A stretch of 64,000 nt of DNA from NCBI GenBank assembly GCA_904063045.1, contig CAJFCJ010000004.1, forward strand, positions 122,195 to 186,194, written 5' to 3'. A model generated the notes under the pieces. The model did no database searches and was not told the DNA's origin. It was given only the letters and a program-made list of their open reading frames with translations. The DNA comes from Dimorphilus gyrociliatus. Its lineage: Eukaryota; Animalia; Annelida. This document shows positions 23,230 to 35,837 of this stretch, piece by piece; positions within the stretch are counted from its first letter, which is position 1, and each line of letters opens with the position of its first letter. The position numbers were made by a program, and so were the translations under genes.

Positions 23230-24098
23230 CTTGATACTTTTATCACTTTTAATATTTATAGGCGGTTCAAAATGTCCTTGACCTTGATTATTTGAGGAGA
23301 AACAGACACTGGTGACCTCTTGCAACAGAAATTGCACCAGTTTTTCTATGACGTAATAAGAATCTTTTCCCGTACGAACAGTTTAAAACGATGAGAGAAT
23401 ATTCAACGATAGCATCAACAATACATTTAGCAATTAGATCATGAATATTTAACTAAAAACACTGTTACCCTAGAAGAGTAGTTCTCTTTTAAATAGTATA
23501 GTTACTAAATCTTGGGTAAAATAAAAAATAAGCATATATCTCTTTCAGACAAACACATATTTAATATGTGATATATTTTAATTTTACGTTTGCTATCTAT
23601 AGCTAAATATGTAGAAAAAGTAAGCTTATTATATTCTAGAACCCTGCTGCTTTTACTAATTAGATATTTTTTTAAATTACAGTTTGCTTTGTTTATATAT
23701 CTGTATTAAAAATAGGATGAAAATGATTAAAAACAGAAGATCAAGGTTAAAAATAAATCATTGAAGAAGAGGGTAAATGTCAAAAGACGATTGACGTTAA
23801 TTATCCAAGCAAATTTCAAGAATTGATCAACAAACCGTCTTAGTAGACTAATATGATATACGACTGATAAATTCTATTACATTTTGATAAAGTTAGGTCC
23901 CAAATGAAAATATAGAAAAAAAAACTAATATGTAAAATAATCTTGAAGCCGACTAACCAAAGATTACAAAACCATTAGGTGCTAATGGTTTCTCATTATG
24001 CGAATAACATCAAGCAAGGTGATTGTCATAAATTCGCTCTAATTGTGTAGAACACTTTTAGATAACTTTGCAGAGGTCTTCGTTAATCTTCAGTACAG

Positions 24099-24998
24099 AT
24101 GAGTACTGTGATTGGAAAATATAAAGAAGTTATCGCGCCTATAGTAACTGCATTGGGTCTTTCGTTAAATATATCTTTGTTAGTTATAATTCTGTGTAAC
24201 AAAGATTTGAGAAATGTACAAAATAATGGACTAATCTGTCTCGCAGTTTCAGATGCTATTTCTTCTGCTTCTATAGTCTTTATTATGAAAGTTGGGAATG
24301 CTGATCACTTGTTGGATAATTATCTAAAATGCGTTATGGTCAATCAAGGTTTAATATTAACTTTATTAATATCAACTTTGTCGCTCTTCTACTTGTCAGT
24401 CGAAAGATTTATTGCCGTGACTCTTCCTTTTAAATATACTTCAATAGTTACTATGAAGTCTTCATATATCTCTATAATTATAATATGGGCTCTTAGTTTT
24501 TTTATATCAATTTTACCGATATTTAAATATTTTACCTTTGCTGAATTACGTAATAACTATAAAATAAGTTATTGTAATTTCTATACATATCAATCGGATC
24601 CTTATGTTTACCTATGGATGACTATTGTACTTTTTATCGCCCTGATGCAAGTTGTTCTATACATACCTACAATAAGAGAAGTTTTTCGTCAAAGATCCAA
24701 TCATGGAATGAATTATTCCGATATAAAAGGAATTTTCCTTCTAATAATATTATTACTTTTCAATCAGGCTACATGGATTTATCAATGTAGTACTTATTTC
24801 AAAGTATTTAAATCTAATTTAAGAGATAGACTGAATCTAGTTGTATCTGACGAGCATTTGTTAATAGCACCAATGGTTCTACTATCATCTCCTCTTTTAA
24901 ATCCTATTATCTATGGCTTTAGCAGAAAATCTATTCGTAGAGGATTGGTTGTGATAATGAGTAGAATTGGTCCTAAGAAAGTTGTTTCGCCTACATAA
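24099..24998 (+). CDS. Orphan class A GPCR, intronless
   Basis: 7 hydrophobic segments; LAVSD (TM2), SVERFIAVTLPFKY (TM3/ICL2), LNPIIYGF (TM7). Confidence 0.85.
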   Translation: MSTVIGKYKEVIAPIVTALGLSLNISLLVIILCNKDLRNVQNNGLICLAVSDAISSASIVFIMKVGNADHLLDNYLKCVMVNQGLILTLLISTLSLFYLSVERFIAVTLPFKYTSIVTMKSSYISIIIIWALSFFISILPIFKYFTFAELRNNYKISYCNFYTYQSDPYVYLWMTIVLFIALMQVVLYIPTIREVFRQRSNHGMNYSDIKGIFLLIILLLFNQATWIYQCSTYFKVFKSNLRDRLNLVVSDEHLLIAPMVLLSSPLLNPIIYGFSRKSIRRGLVVIMSRIGPKKVVSPT

Positions 24999-25526
24999 CA
25001 ATTGCAGCCCAATTCTGTAGTTTATTTGTTTATTTGTTTGTTTGTTTGTATGTTCGCTTGTTTGATTTTTTTCTAATATTTCATTTAAATATTATGATAA
25101 TAGTATAATGTTATTTTGTGAGAAGTTTAAAAGAAACACAACTTATCAAATAGATTCTGAGGTATATTTATAAAGTTGTAAACTTATTTATATAAATATG
25201 TCAAGTTGAATCATAAACCTATGAGATGATAAGCTATTAATTATACTAAACGAATTAGTTGGTCTATAGAGGAGAGCAGAAGAGGATAAAATAAACACAA
25301 GATTGTAGTTTAAAATATTTAAGAGAGGGGAAGTAGGCTTATATAAAAAAAAAGTGGGTTAAGATATTCGTAACAACAAATAAGAAAACGAAAGAGTTAC
25401 AATTAATGAATCTTAAATAATAGCATAAAAGAAATTATAAGTTATAGCTATACATTAGGCTTTTAATAAATAAATATAAATATGCAATATACTGTATAGG
25501 TATATTGATATATACTGGATATACAG

Positions 25527-25551
25527 TATATATATATATATATATATATAT
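25527..25551. repeat. (TA)n microsatellite; similar tracts near 27117-27146, 30715-30733, 39415-39434 and 53638-53666
   Basis: Directly visible dinucleotide runs; boundaries approximate. Confidence 0.9.
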
Positions 25552-25889
25552 AATGTACCTGCTCGTTTGATTGTTGCTTTCATCGACTAGCCACAATTAA
25601 GATATTGTTTGATGTTGTCTAGATAGCATCTGTTGTTTCATCTCATGAATTATTTATGAAAGACTATTACTTATTACAGTATACTTTGCTATAAAGAACC
25701 ACGAACATGTTTCTAAGTCGTTAAAAAGTCGATTATTTTTTCATTTAATATTCATTCTTACTTTTTGTTGATATCAATATAATTCTATTTTCGTAAAAAA
25801 ACTCCTTGTAATACATGTAATTACATATTAAATAGTATAGATTTGTGTTAAGGCGTAAAAGATGATGTCAAAGTATCTATTCACATACC

Positions 25890-26876
25890 ATGGACACGTC
25901 AAAGAGAACAAACGACAGCTCCGTATTAAAAGATAACGAAGGTTTTATTTCTTCAATTTTGACACCAGGTTTGCTAGGTTTGGCTGTATTTCTCAACATA
26001 GTACTTGGTATTTTAATTCTATTTCGAAAGAAACTACAAACTTTGCCAAACTATGGTTTATTTTCATTGTGTATGGCAGATGCTACATATGCTTTGGTAG
26101 GCTTTCCTACTTTGAATATTTTACCTCAACGAATATGGAATACTTCGTTCAGTATATGCATTTTCGTTCATCAAGTACTATTATGTTCAATTTCTGTTTC
26201 TATATTAAGTCTTTTGTATATGACGTTTGAGAGACTTGTAGCAGTAGTATTTCCCTTTCGATATTATCTTATATCCTCAACAAAGCGAGCATCAGCAATA
26301 TTGGTGATTTGTTGGCTAGTGGGTATCTTTTTCAATGTCATACCAGTCATAACAAATGCCTTTGAGGATAGTTACTTTAACAAAAATACTTTCATGCCAG
26401 AACTGTGCAACTTTTTTACTTATCAAACATTTAAACAATCCCTTTCGTGGATATCATTATCCATATTTTGCCTTTCTCTAACAATAAGTATGTACATTCC
26501 TATAATATGTGTAATTCAAAAGAAGAAGAGATTTCATGGTGTTGATATTTCCAATTTTACTGTGGAACCATCATCAGCCGACTCGAAAGCAGTATATTTT
26601 TTAATAGTTATTCTTTTATATAATACAATAACATGGATAACACATATTGCAAACTTTTTTCGGTTAAGGTATCTAAATGTTAATGAAATTGCAAAACTTC
26701 TGAAAGAAGATCTGTCATTTGAACTTACTGGATCCTTTGTATTAACAACATCGTTATTCGATCCAATTGTATATGGTTATTCAAGAAAATCTGTTAGGCA
26801 TGAAATTTACTTAGTTTTAAAAAGTTTTTATAAAAACATTAAAAGATCAAATAGAATAGAGATTATAAAGATTTAA
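25890..26876 (+). CDS. Orphan class A GPCR, intronless tandem paralogue of 24099-24998
   Basis: LCMAD, TFERLVAVVFPFRY, CNFFTYQ and DPIVYGYSRKSVR match the neighbour's CNFYTYQ and NPIIYGFSRKSIR. Confidence 0.85.
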   Translation: MDTSKRTNDSSVLKDNEGFISSILTPGLLGLAVFLNIVLGILILFRKKLQTLPNYGLFSLCMADATYALVGFPTLNILPQRIWNTSFSICIFVHQVLLCSISVSILSLLYMTFERLVAVVFPFRYYLISSTKRASAILVICWLVGIFFNVIPVITNAFEDSYFNKNTFMPELCNFFTYQTFKQSLSWISLSIFCLSLTISMYIPIICVIQKKKRFHGVDISNFTVEPSSADSKAVYFLIVILLYNTITWITHIANFFRLRYLNVNEIAKLLKEDLSFELTGSFVLTTSLFDPIVYGYSRKSVRHEIYLVLKSFYKNIKRSNRIEIIKI

Positions 26877-27114
26877 AGTGATATGAGCGATATTGAAATT
26901 ATATTTGAAAACTCATTAATATTGTATTTTTCAAATATTCATTACTCTTCTGTAACTTCAGTTGTTGTTGTAGATGTCTTTAATAATGAATATATTGTAT
27001 AATCACACTACAAATACTTTTCGTATTGTCTGGAAATTGGGTCGAATCAATTTAAGGTTAGTTTAATCTTTAAAGAGTTTTCTTCTGAATGACGTACAAA
27101 GTAAAAAAAAACTC

Positions 27115-27150
<36 letters not shown>

Positions 27151-28455
27151 TATATCTTCTATAAAATAATAGGCCCACAATCTTAAATGCTCCACTTGAT
27201 TAGTCGAGTAGAGAGGTTAATGAACGCTGAGAAAGAAATATCTACCAATCAAATATTAATAAATTAGCTATTAAATTCAACTTTCTCTTTTCAATTTCCT
27301 TATCCAGAGATACTGAAAAGAATGAAAAGAAAAGGGAATTTCGGTGTAAATTATACCAAAGGTTTTATAGGTTTTTACTTCGTAGTTTGTATAATCAATA
27401 TAACTTCGATTCCTCTCCTAACAAACTCATTATCCTTCCTTTCCTTGCATGCACAATACTTATCACAAATATGTAGATATTTGTATGACATACTTTTAGA
27501 CGGATATAGAATAATTATAGCTAAACTTAACGATTGTAATCTCATTGCGTAAACGGTGGCAAAAACAATAGGATCTCTATCGTTAAACCAAAGTCTGTTT
27601 ATCTCAAGATATTTGAACCCAAGATTGTATTATAACTAAAATTTCCCCAAAGAAGAAGACGAATAAGAAGAACTTTAAAGGATAAGAAGATGTAAATTGT
27701 TACTCCTCTCCTCAATATATCTTAGAGTAAAAGAACGACCAGTAAAAAAGATACCAAATTGTTTATATTCACCGCGTCTATTCTTTACTTAATTCTCTCT
27801 TTCCTCTTCTTCCCCTCCTTCCTCTTTTTATTTTCTCTTGTCGTTTTCTTACTATATTTTTTATCGATCACAGCCACTTGCTATCAAGATATAGTCAAAC
27901 ATTACTCAATAAAATTTTACATGATTGATTATACTAAGGAAAAATAATAAAATTCAGTTTCATTTCAAGTTGCAAAGCTACACTACTTCAGTTTTTATAG
28001 GCCTAACTAAGCCAACGATTAAAGAATGATAGAATCTATTTTATTTCATCCAATAATTTCCGTAAGTGAAGAGTAAAACTACTTTAGGGTATTTTTTCGA
28101 TTGAATTTATCATTGTATTCTTCGGAAAGGTTAGCTTTTTATTTATAAATGAATGCTATTACAATATTGCGGCTGCTTTTCTTTCCTTTTTCCTTTACAA
28201 AAAAAAGAAATAAAAAAAAGGATATCTAATGGATAAAGCTAAAGAATAGAAGAAAAGAGGACCAATGTGAAAAGGCGAAAAAAAATTATATGTTGCTGTG
28301 GATAAGAGAGCAGAGTGAAAGAAAGATTGACAGAGGGCAAGAGAGAGAGAGAGAGCAAGATGGTGGAGTCTATGACTTATAAAACTGAAATTGCATGCAG
28401 TATTTCTTTATCTTTATAATAAAAAGTGAGGGACAAATATGATAATCAACATAAA

Positions 28456-29236
28456 TTAACACATGTTAATATTTGCACAAGTTACTGATCTCTCCATTCC
28501 ATGGGGTGGAGGGACATTTGGTTCTCGCATTGTTGGAATTCCGTTTCTTGTAAAGAAATTGTCCCTTATCATACTAGATCTTGCGTGTGTTGGTCTTTTC
28601 AAGGCAAAGCATTCGTCCAATTTCCAACCATAATTCCAAGAGGAAGTGACGGGAAATTCATACTTCTTCTCAGGTATCTGTAATTTCCTCTCTTTTAGGT
28701 AGGATGCCCTTCCTTTTCCTTCTTTGGAGAATCCCTCGTAGAGTAGTCCTTTAACTTGCTCGCGAGGCTTATACATCATTTGGGAGGCATCTAGTCGATT
28801 TTCCGCCACGTATTTTTCCAATTCTTCTTTTTCTTTCTTAAATTTGGCAATAGCGAATTGTCTAGGATCAATTTGAGGTAATCCTTTTCCTCCAAAGGTT
28901 CCTCTGATTTGCATCTAACAGAAAATACATTTCAATTATTGATTATCAGGCGCGTGTTACGCTGAGTACAATTCAAATATATAACTCTTTTGGCGTTTTA
29001 TTAATAAAACAATTAAGGGAAGATAATGTCTGCATTGAGCGATTCAGGCCTATTAATAAACAATATAGAGAAGCGTGTTTTAGGTGAAATTTTACTACCT
29101 CTGATTGATCTTTGGCTCCGCCAGCTCCTCGTTTCGTTTCTAAGTAATATTTCATTCTTGCATCACGCTCCCTCTCGTAACCTTCGGCAAAGAAGCTTTG
29201 GAGTCTGGTATCAGCAGGATAAGATCTACAAGCCAT
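28456..29236 (-). CDS. SPMIP1: Sperm microtubule inner protein 1 / ATP6V1FNB homologue (exons 29236-29099, 28914-28456)
   Basis: LLYEGFSKEGKGRASYLKERK..PEKKYEFPVTSSWNYGWKL...FFTRNG matches the ATP6V1FNB family pattern recalled from memory. Confidence 0.75.
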
Positions 29237-30967
29237 ATTTGTTCCTAATACTTTCTGCTTGTTAGATAGCTAAATGAAAAGAAATCTTTTCTCTTCTTCC
29301 TAAAGTTGAAGTTAAAAGATAAACTTCGTTTCGTATCTAACCAAATTCGAATAAATATTCGAAAAATTATCAAAAAAAAAACAAAAAATAATTAACGACA
29401 CAGTCTTGTTAGCTGTCACTAAGGACGATCGTCAACAAAGGCCAATACTCGGGAAGTTAGGCCTGCAACAATCTCTTTATACCGGTAGTCGGACTTTTAA
29501 ACGCGTTATCGACAAATGTGTTTGAGATTATTGAACAATATAGGCTTATTTATTCTTTCGATCTATAATTTAGTTTTCAATAGGATAACGAAATACAAAT
29601 TTTCTTTATATTTTTGCAATTTTTCCAAGTTATTCTTATTATGCAATTAATTAGTTTGTGAATAGGCCTATTTATTTATTAAATCGACATAAATGAATTA
29701 GAAATGACCTTCAGGTCAACTTTCACTTGAAGGTTATTTAAGCAATACATCATAAATGCCACAATTTTATCATGAATAATGATATTGTTCTAATAAATTG
29801 AGCTCTATTAAGAAATATTACGTAATTAGAGGCCAAATTTCCAGGAACATTTTTTTTATAGGATTTTTTTTTTTTTTCAAGTTTCCTTCTAGTATTTTGT
29901 TGTTTTTATACAAAGTGCTACTTTTAATAAAAAGAAGTTGTAGCATTCCTAGTACTAATCGTCTATGATATTTACAAGAGTATTATATTAGTTAGGCCTA
30001 CGTTGGGTATTCGCCAATTTTACTATCATTCATCACGAAACAGTTAGGTAAGTGTTGAAAGATTTTTCAGATGATTTTGTTTTTGTTATATAAAAAAAAT
30101 AAAAGTAAAATGTAAAGAATATCTAAAATTTTATTTATTTATTTATTTATATATCGTATTTGTTTCCTTAAAGATGGAAGAAGAAAGGAGAAGAATGAGA
30201 AAAAGTTGAAGATTTTCAATCAATAAAGGATAAGTGAAAATGCAGAAAAGATTCTTTATTGTTTCTTTTTTTTTATTTTTTCTTGCCAATATTTTGAATA
30301 TTTTAATTTTTGCATTCATTTATATTATCTTCTCTTCTCTATGCGGGAAAATTGAGAAGAAAAGAATGAAGATACGAATGAGGGTAAAGAATAAAAAGTA
30401 CAAGGAAATACATATGTAGTATTAGAGAGCTTTAGGGAATTAAGTGGATATGCAGGATGTTTATTAAATATTTAGCGGGTGGTTTTGTTTATATAATAGA
30501 ATCTTTGTTTTTCAAACCAAGTACAATGAAATTCAGTAAGAAAAACAAAAGATAAAAATATATGTATATGTATTTTGTAACAACGCCACCTAGTTTTGGT
30601 TGTTGTTATATAAATCAGTCTTATTATCAAAACCTAGCTTTTAAGTGACTCGACCTTCGAGCTTGAGGGTAAACGAAGCAAACTACTATCCTACTTTAGG
30701 ATTGTTAAATCTAGATATATATATATATATATATAAGTAAGACTTTCACGAAAAAAGTAAAAAGTTGGTATTAAAAAGTCTAAGTGCATTGTGTGAAAAT
30801 ATTTAAGTGATTCTGTTTAAACTCCTATTAATTGACATTGGAATTTTTTTCTCTCCTTATTTTATTTTACTTCTCATTTATTTTTGTCTGGCCTTGACTG
30901 CTCTGCATTTTCTTTTCATCCTAGCTCCCACTCCTGCAGCCTCATCGTCCTCATTTTTAAGTTTGAC

Positions 30968-32876
30968 ATGAATCAGACGTCGGAGGAGCAACGAATCATT
31001 AGGATCACTTTTATATCTCTCTTCTGCATCGTTAACGTCGTCGCTAATCTAACTCTACTGATAACAATTGCTGCTTATAGAAGACTTCGTTCTATATCCA
31101 ACTATATCATCTTAAATTTGATAATTGCTGATTTATTGGTTGGTTTTCTCATTCTGCCTAGCTGGAACTATTCTTTCTGGTTTGGTAATATGAATGCTAA
31201 AGTATGTAAGTTTATAGCTGCTGTTACCCATTTACATTTTCTAGAGACACTACTGACTATGGCCCTAATAGCAGTGGATAGATGCATATGCATATCTTGT
31301 ACTTTCGAATATACAAAGCTGGAGAGTGATTCTAAGTCAAAAATTTAATTTTCTCTATTCTTCCAACCGATTATCTCACTTTTCCTATTAATCTTCTTAC
31401 CTCAATCTATCTAAATTGAAGAAATTATCATCATTTTTACAACCTTTCTATACTCCTCTTTATTTTAAATTTAATTACAGAGTGGTAAAACCTTTAAGTA
31501 TTGCTTATCTTATCTTTTTTATTGAAAACAACCTTTGAAAGGGTGGGATTATTATTGTAGCTGGTGAAAAAAATTCTAATCAATTGCAGTAGAAAAATTA
31601 AGGATCAAAGTAGGCGATGATAATTCTCCTCTTTGCTTCGCATCTTCTTAATTTATCTATTAAAGATTTTCGTAGAAAAAATATTTTAAATAATTTAAAT
31701 GACTTTATCCCTTAAGGAAAAAAAGAACGAGATAGAGAAAAGAAGAAAAAAAGATCTTATGTAAAGAGAGACTAGTATAATAAAACAAATCTTCCAATCG
31801 ACTTCCCCAGTGACATCGGGATACTATTGTCATAACCTTTCATTTACGATTGGTCCTCTGAACGATAATATGATTAGATAAAGTAGAATAATACGTAGGG
31901 ATGATATATTTTATAATAAATGTTTTTTATAAATTTTGCACGACTTTTTCAAGTACAATTTTATGAAATGTTGAATGTTTTTCATATAATTTTTGCAACT
32001 GTGAACAAAAGCAAAACTACAATATACTGTATAGACGAATTCATTCGTTGTTTTAAGGGGTAAAAAGAACATATAAGAAGCATATCTAGTGACTTTAAGA
32101 GTCTTATTATTCAAGTAAATTAATCTATTATTTATTAAAATGATATTTCGTCTCTAAACATTTCGTAAATAGAGGGAAAGTAAACAGTACAAATATGAAT
32201 AAATTATAAACTTCTTGAGATATTTTTACACTGAAATAAAACTGGAATCACCCTCCAGGTAACTAGACGTCGAATATGTTTTGCAATAGTTTGTTCATGG
32301 GTTTTAACAATCTTTCTCTCTGGTATTACTCACGATTGTTATGGAATGGATGATATTTTTCTCGTTTGTTCAATGGACGTAATATCCTGTAAGAATTATG
32401 GTATTGTCATCATATCAATGTGCATTATACCAATAAGCTTATTAATTATAATAAGCTATATCATAGTTTTGAGAATTGCTCTAAAACAGGCAAAGAACAT
32501 CGAGAAAACCTTACTTCAATCAAAAGAATTTAGACAAATAAAAAATGGCTTATTCCGTAGATCTTTTAGTAGCCATAGTCAAAAAGGCTTAAGGACAGTT
32601 TCCATAATTATAGGATTGTTTCTAGTTTGTTGGCTTCCGCATATTTTATCATTTACTTATATATTGATATTCAAAGAGAGGTTGCCGAATAGCATGGATC
32701 TTGTTATCCTCTTTTTATCATTTTCCAATTCTATAGCAAATCCTTTGGTATGCGTTCTAACCAATACTGCTGTAAGGAGTGCGTTACTGAGAAGATTCAA
32801 TCCTCAACTACCGAATGAGAGAGTTAGTGCTGTCTCAATTCGCGGCCCGGAAGTTCAAGAAACAGTGAATTTATAA
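30968..32876 (+). CDS. Orphan class A GPCR, two exons (30968-31321, 32259-32876)
   Basis: NLIIADLLVGFLILP (TM2), AVDRC (TM3), FLVCWLPH (TM6), NSIANPLV (TM7). The junction appears to need a GA donor (see findings). Confidence 0.8.
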
Positions 32877-33398
32877 CTTTTCAACTTAGTTAACATTCGC
32901 CATTCCTCTGAAATCATATAACGAAATACAAACACTCAATGAAGTTAAGTTAGCTCATTCAATTGTACTCTTATGGAATTTTCTTATCTCAATTAAAGTC
33001 AGGTAAAAAATGAGTTATGGAAGCTGATTACTTCATTTAGGCTAACAGCTACTGTTACACAATTGCTATTTTCTTTGGGAACAAAAAATACAAAAGAACT
33101 CTTCATCTTAATAAAAAGTATATGTTCAACTGTTTTTGTGAAAATTTAACATCAACGACTTTTGGTGAGATTTAATCTTGGAAGTATTTTGAAAAAGTTA
33201 ATAGATATATACTTTCTTGTTTTTACTTGAACTAAACATTTGTTACATCAATTATTACTGAATAAATGATATATTTTAGTTCATTTCAGATCTTGAAAAC
33301 ATCTATTGTGTTTAATTTTAAAATCTTATTACAACATGTATCTCTTGTATTTACGCAAGATTTTATAAAATTAAATCAATTTGTAAAATGTTAAATTC

Positions 33399-34027
33399 TT
33401 ATTCTCCTTTGTTTTCATTCGTGTGTTTCATTACATCAGGTAGCTCAGGCGGTTCCGAATAAGATTCAACTGCAACTTCTTCAAAATCTCCGTTTTCTTT
33501 CATATAAACTACACCTAATTTTGCAGGCTGCTGAGCCTTGGCAACTGTTGCAGTGAGTCCACTATCAGATAACGTTTTGCCATCTTCTAGTTCGGTTTTT
33601 TGGGCGTCTTTCGTTAAGTCAAAGAGTTTCATGTGTTCAGCTGACTTTCCAGTAATACCCGATATCATATTCTTTAGGTCACTCACTCTATCATTCTCTT
33701 TAGCATCGACAAAGATGCTCATTTTATGACGGCGGATCACGAAAAATACATCCTGTTAAAATTTAAATGACAAGTTACCAATAAAAGACATTTTATAGAA
33801 ACCTAATGACTAAAAATGTACAGAAAAAAATCCGGCATTTTCAACGAAATTTTACAATTCATTGTAATTTTTTTGCGCTTCAAAATTACTTGGTTTTTTC
33901 TCCCTATCCAGCAGATTTTTTTAGTTATATTAGGAAAAATATATCTTATACTTATTATAAAAGTTAAATTCAAAACTATATGGGAAATGTCCCACTTACT
34001 CAAATAGAAAACAGGAAAACTTACCAT
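33399..34027 (-). CDS. ELOB: Elongin B
   Basis: ATG-only exon 34027-34025, then DVFFVIRRHKMSIFVDAKE...AKAQQPA...SEPPELPDVMK. Confidence 0.95.
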
Positions 34028-34492
34028 TTTACCGTTTCTAACAAAATCCGGAAGCTGAATTAGACACTTCCGCTATAAAGTTACTTTCGTATCTGATATT
34101 TTTTTCGATATTCTTCCTTATTTAATCTTTATATATTTAAAATATGATAAATAACGGGAAGAAAATTTACAAAAAATATTAGCCGTTGTAACGATATTAT
34201 AATATTTTGTGATATTCTGGTTGAATATACCAACTCATATAATCGAATCCAATAGAAAAGAAAGCTTGCTAGAATTTTCACTTTCGCTATGCCTCTTTTG
34301 TCATTTCGCTTGCGCCGTTTTACGAAACAATACAAAACTCCTATTTGAAAAGTAAAAAAACTGTAATTGACATTCTTTATAAAGAATAAAAACTTGAAAC
34401 AATACATGTTTATAAAGTTTTTTTACTATATGTATATTTTTAATTGACCAATCTGATTTAAAAAGTTGAACTTTTTGCTTAAAAAAAGACCT

Positions 34493-35298
34493 CTAATCGC
34501 AAGATGAGGGAGGGTGCTCTAGAACAATATCAACTAATCCAAATTCCACAGCTTCCGTGGGTGAATAATACCTATCTCTTTCCATAACATCTTCAATTTT
34601 GTCTAACTCTTTTCCCGTATGTTTTACGTATATGTTATTTATCTGTCTCTTCATTTTGATAATTTCTTCTGCTTGAATTTGAATATCGGTGGCCTGACCC
34701 TGAGCAGCACCGGATGGTTGGTGAACCATTACTCTTGAATTGGGTAGACAGTATCTCATACCTTTGATAAAAAAAATTATTTCACCATTACGCTTGCAGA
34801 CTTAAATAAAACACATTTACAACCTTTTTCGCCGGCAGTTAAAAGTAGAGATCCCATACTGCAAGCTTGTCCAACACACCAAGTAGAAACTGGAGGTAAG
34901 ACGTACTGCATAGTATCGTAAATTGCCAAACCAGCTGTGACTGAACCTCCTGGACTATTTATGTACATATGTATCGGCTTCTTATTACTTTCGGCTTGCA
35001 AAAAGAGCAATTGTGCCACAACCACGCTTGATAGTGAATCGTCTATTGGTCCCATTAAGCAAATTATTCTATCTTTTAACAAGCGGGAGTAGATATCGTA
35101 AGATCTTTCTCCTCGTCCAGTTTGTTCGATAACAAATGGCACCAGAGGTTTAGAGCAATTGGAACTTGTATGGAACAACAATCCATTTACTTTAGTTACT
35201 TTAGGCTATGGGAACATTTTAATTTGAATTGCTTAGACCTTTAATCTTTAAGATGAACATATTTGAAAACTAACTATTTGACGTAGAATACGTAACAT
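34493..35298 (-). CDS. CLPP: Mitochondrial ATP-dependent Clp protease proteolytic subunit
   Basis: [58 protein letters not shown]; short basic transit peptide MLRILRQI. Confidence 0.96.
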
Positions 35299-35675
35299 TG
35301 TCAAGGATAAAAGTTTGTTACTAGTTTACAGTCGACTAGCAGACGATAAGTGTAGAAATGTTTCGCTGTTTAAGAAAAATATAACTGGTAATAAACTTTC
35401 TTACAGAAAAGTCTAATTTTTATTATTTGTACAAATTTATTCAATTACTTAACAGCTGTATTAAAAAAATATAATTTTATTTTATGGTAACACGACAAAA
35501 GTGATTAATAATATTCTACTCGAAAGAATCCTAGTAAAAGCGCTATCATATTATCTATAATTTTCGTTGCCCAAATGTTTTATTTCCGTCAACAGTGTAA
35601 TAGTGTCATCATAAATATTTGTTAATTTTTAGTACTAATAATAAATAAATTCACATATAAATGAGTTTCAGTTAA

Positions 35676-35694
35676 CCAATCAGAATTGACCACG
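35676..35694 (+). promoter_or_regulatory. ER stress response element (ERSE-I)
   Basis: Exact CCAAT-N9-CCACG (CCAAT cagaattga CCACG) about 145 nt upstream of the XBP1 ATG; CCACGTGA at 35710-35717 and TGACTCA at 35722-35728 nearby. Confidence 0.8.
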
Positions 35695-35837
35695 TTGGTT
35701 AATTTTTTACCACGTGATTAGTGACTCATTGTTCCTGGGATAAACAATGTGCTAAGCAATAATTTCGACGATTTTCTAATTTTAGCGTGATTTATCACAG
35801 CTTAATTATTTAAAAACCATAACTAACAACAAACGTG

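Noticed and set aside
27322-27947. Hydrophobic ORFs downstream of the GPCR pair as possible third paralogue
   Set aside because: No GPCR motifs; hydrophobicity comes from T-rich non-coding composition.
29702-29739. Imperfect palindrome containing TGACCT-TC-AGGTCA (nuclear-receptor-like everted repeat or hairpin)
   Set aside because: Single short occurrence with no linked target or element boundaries; cannot be distinguished from chance.
30884-30967. TTG-initiated N-terminal extension of the GPCR ORF
   Set aside because: Bacterial-style start from the ORF track; ATG 30968 gives MNQT with an N-glycosylation site.
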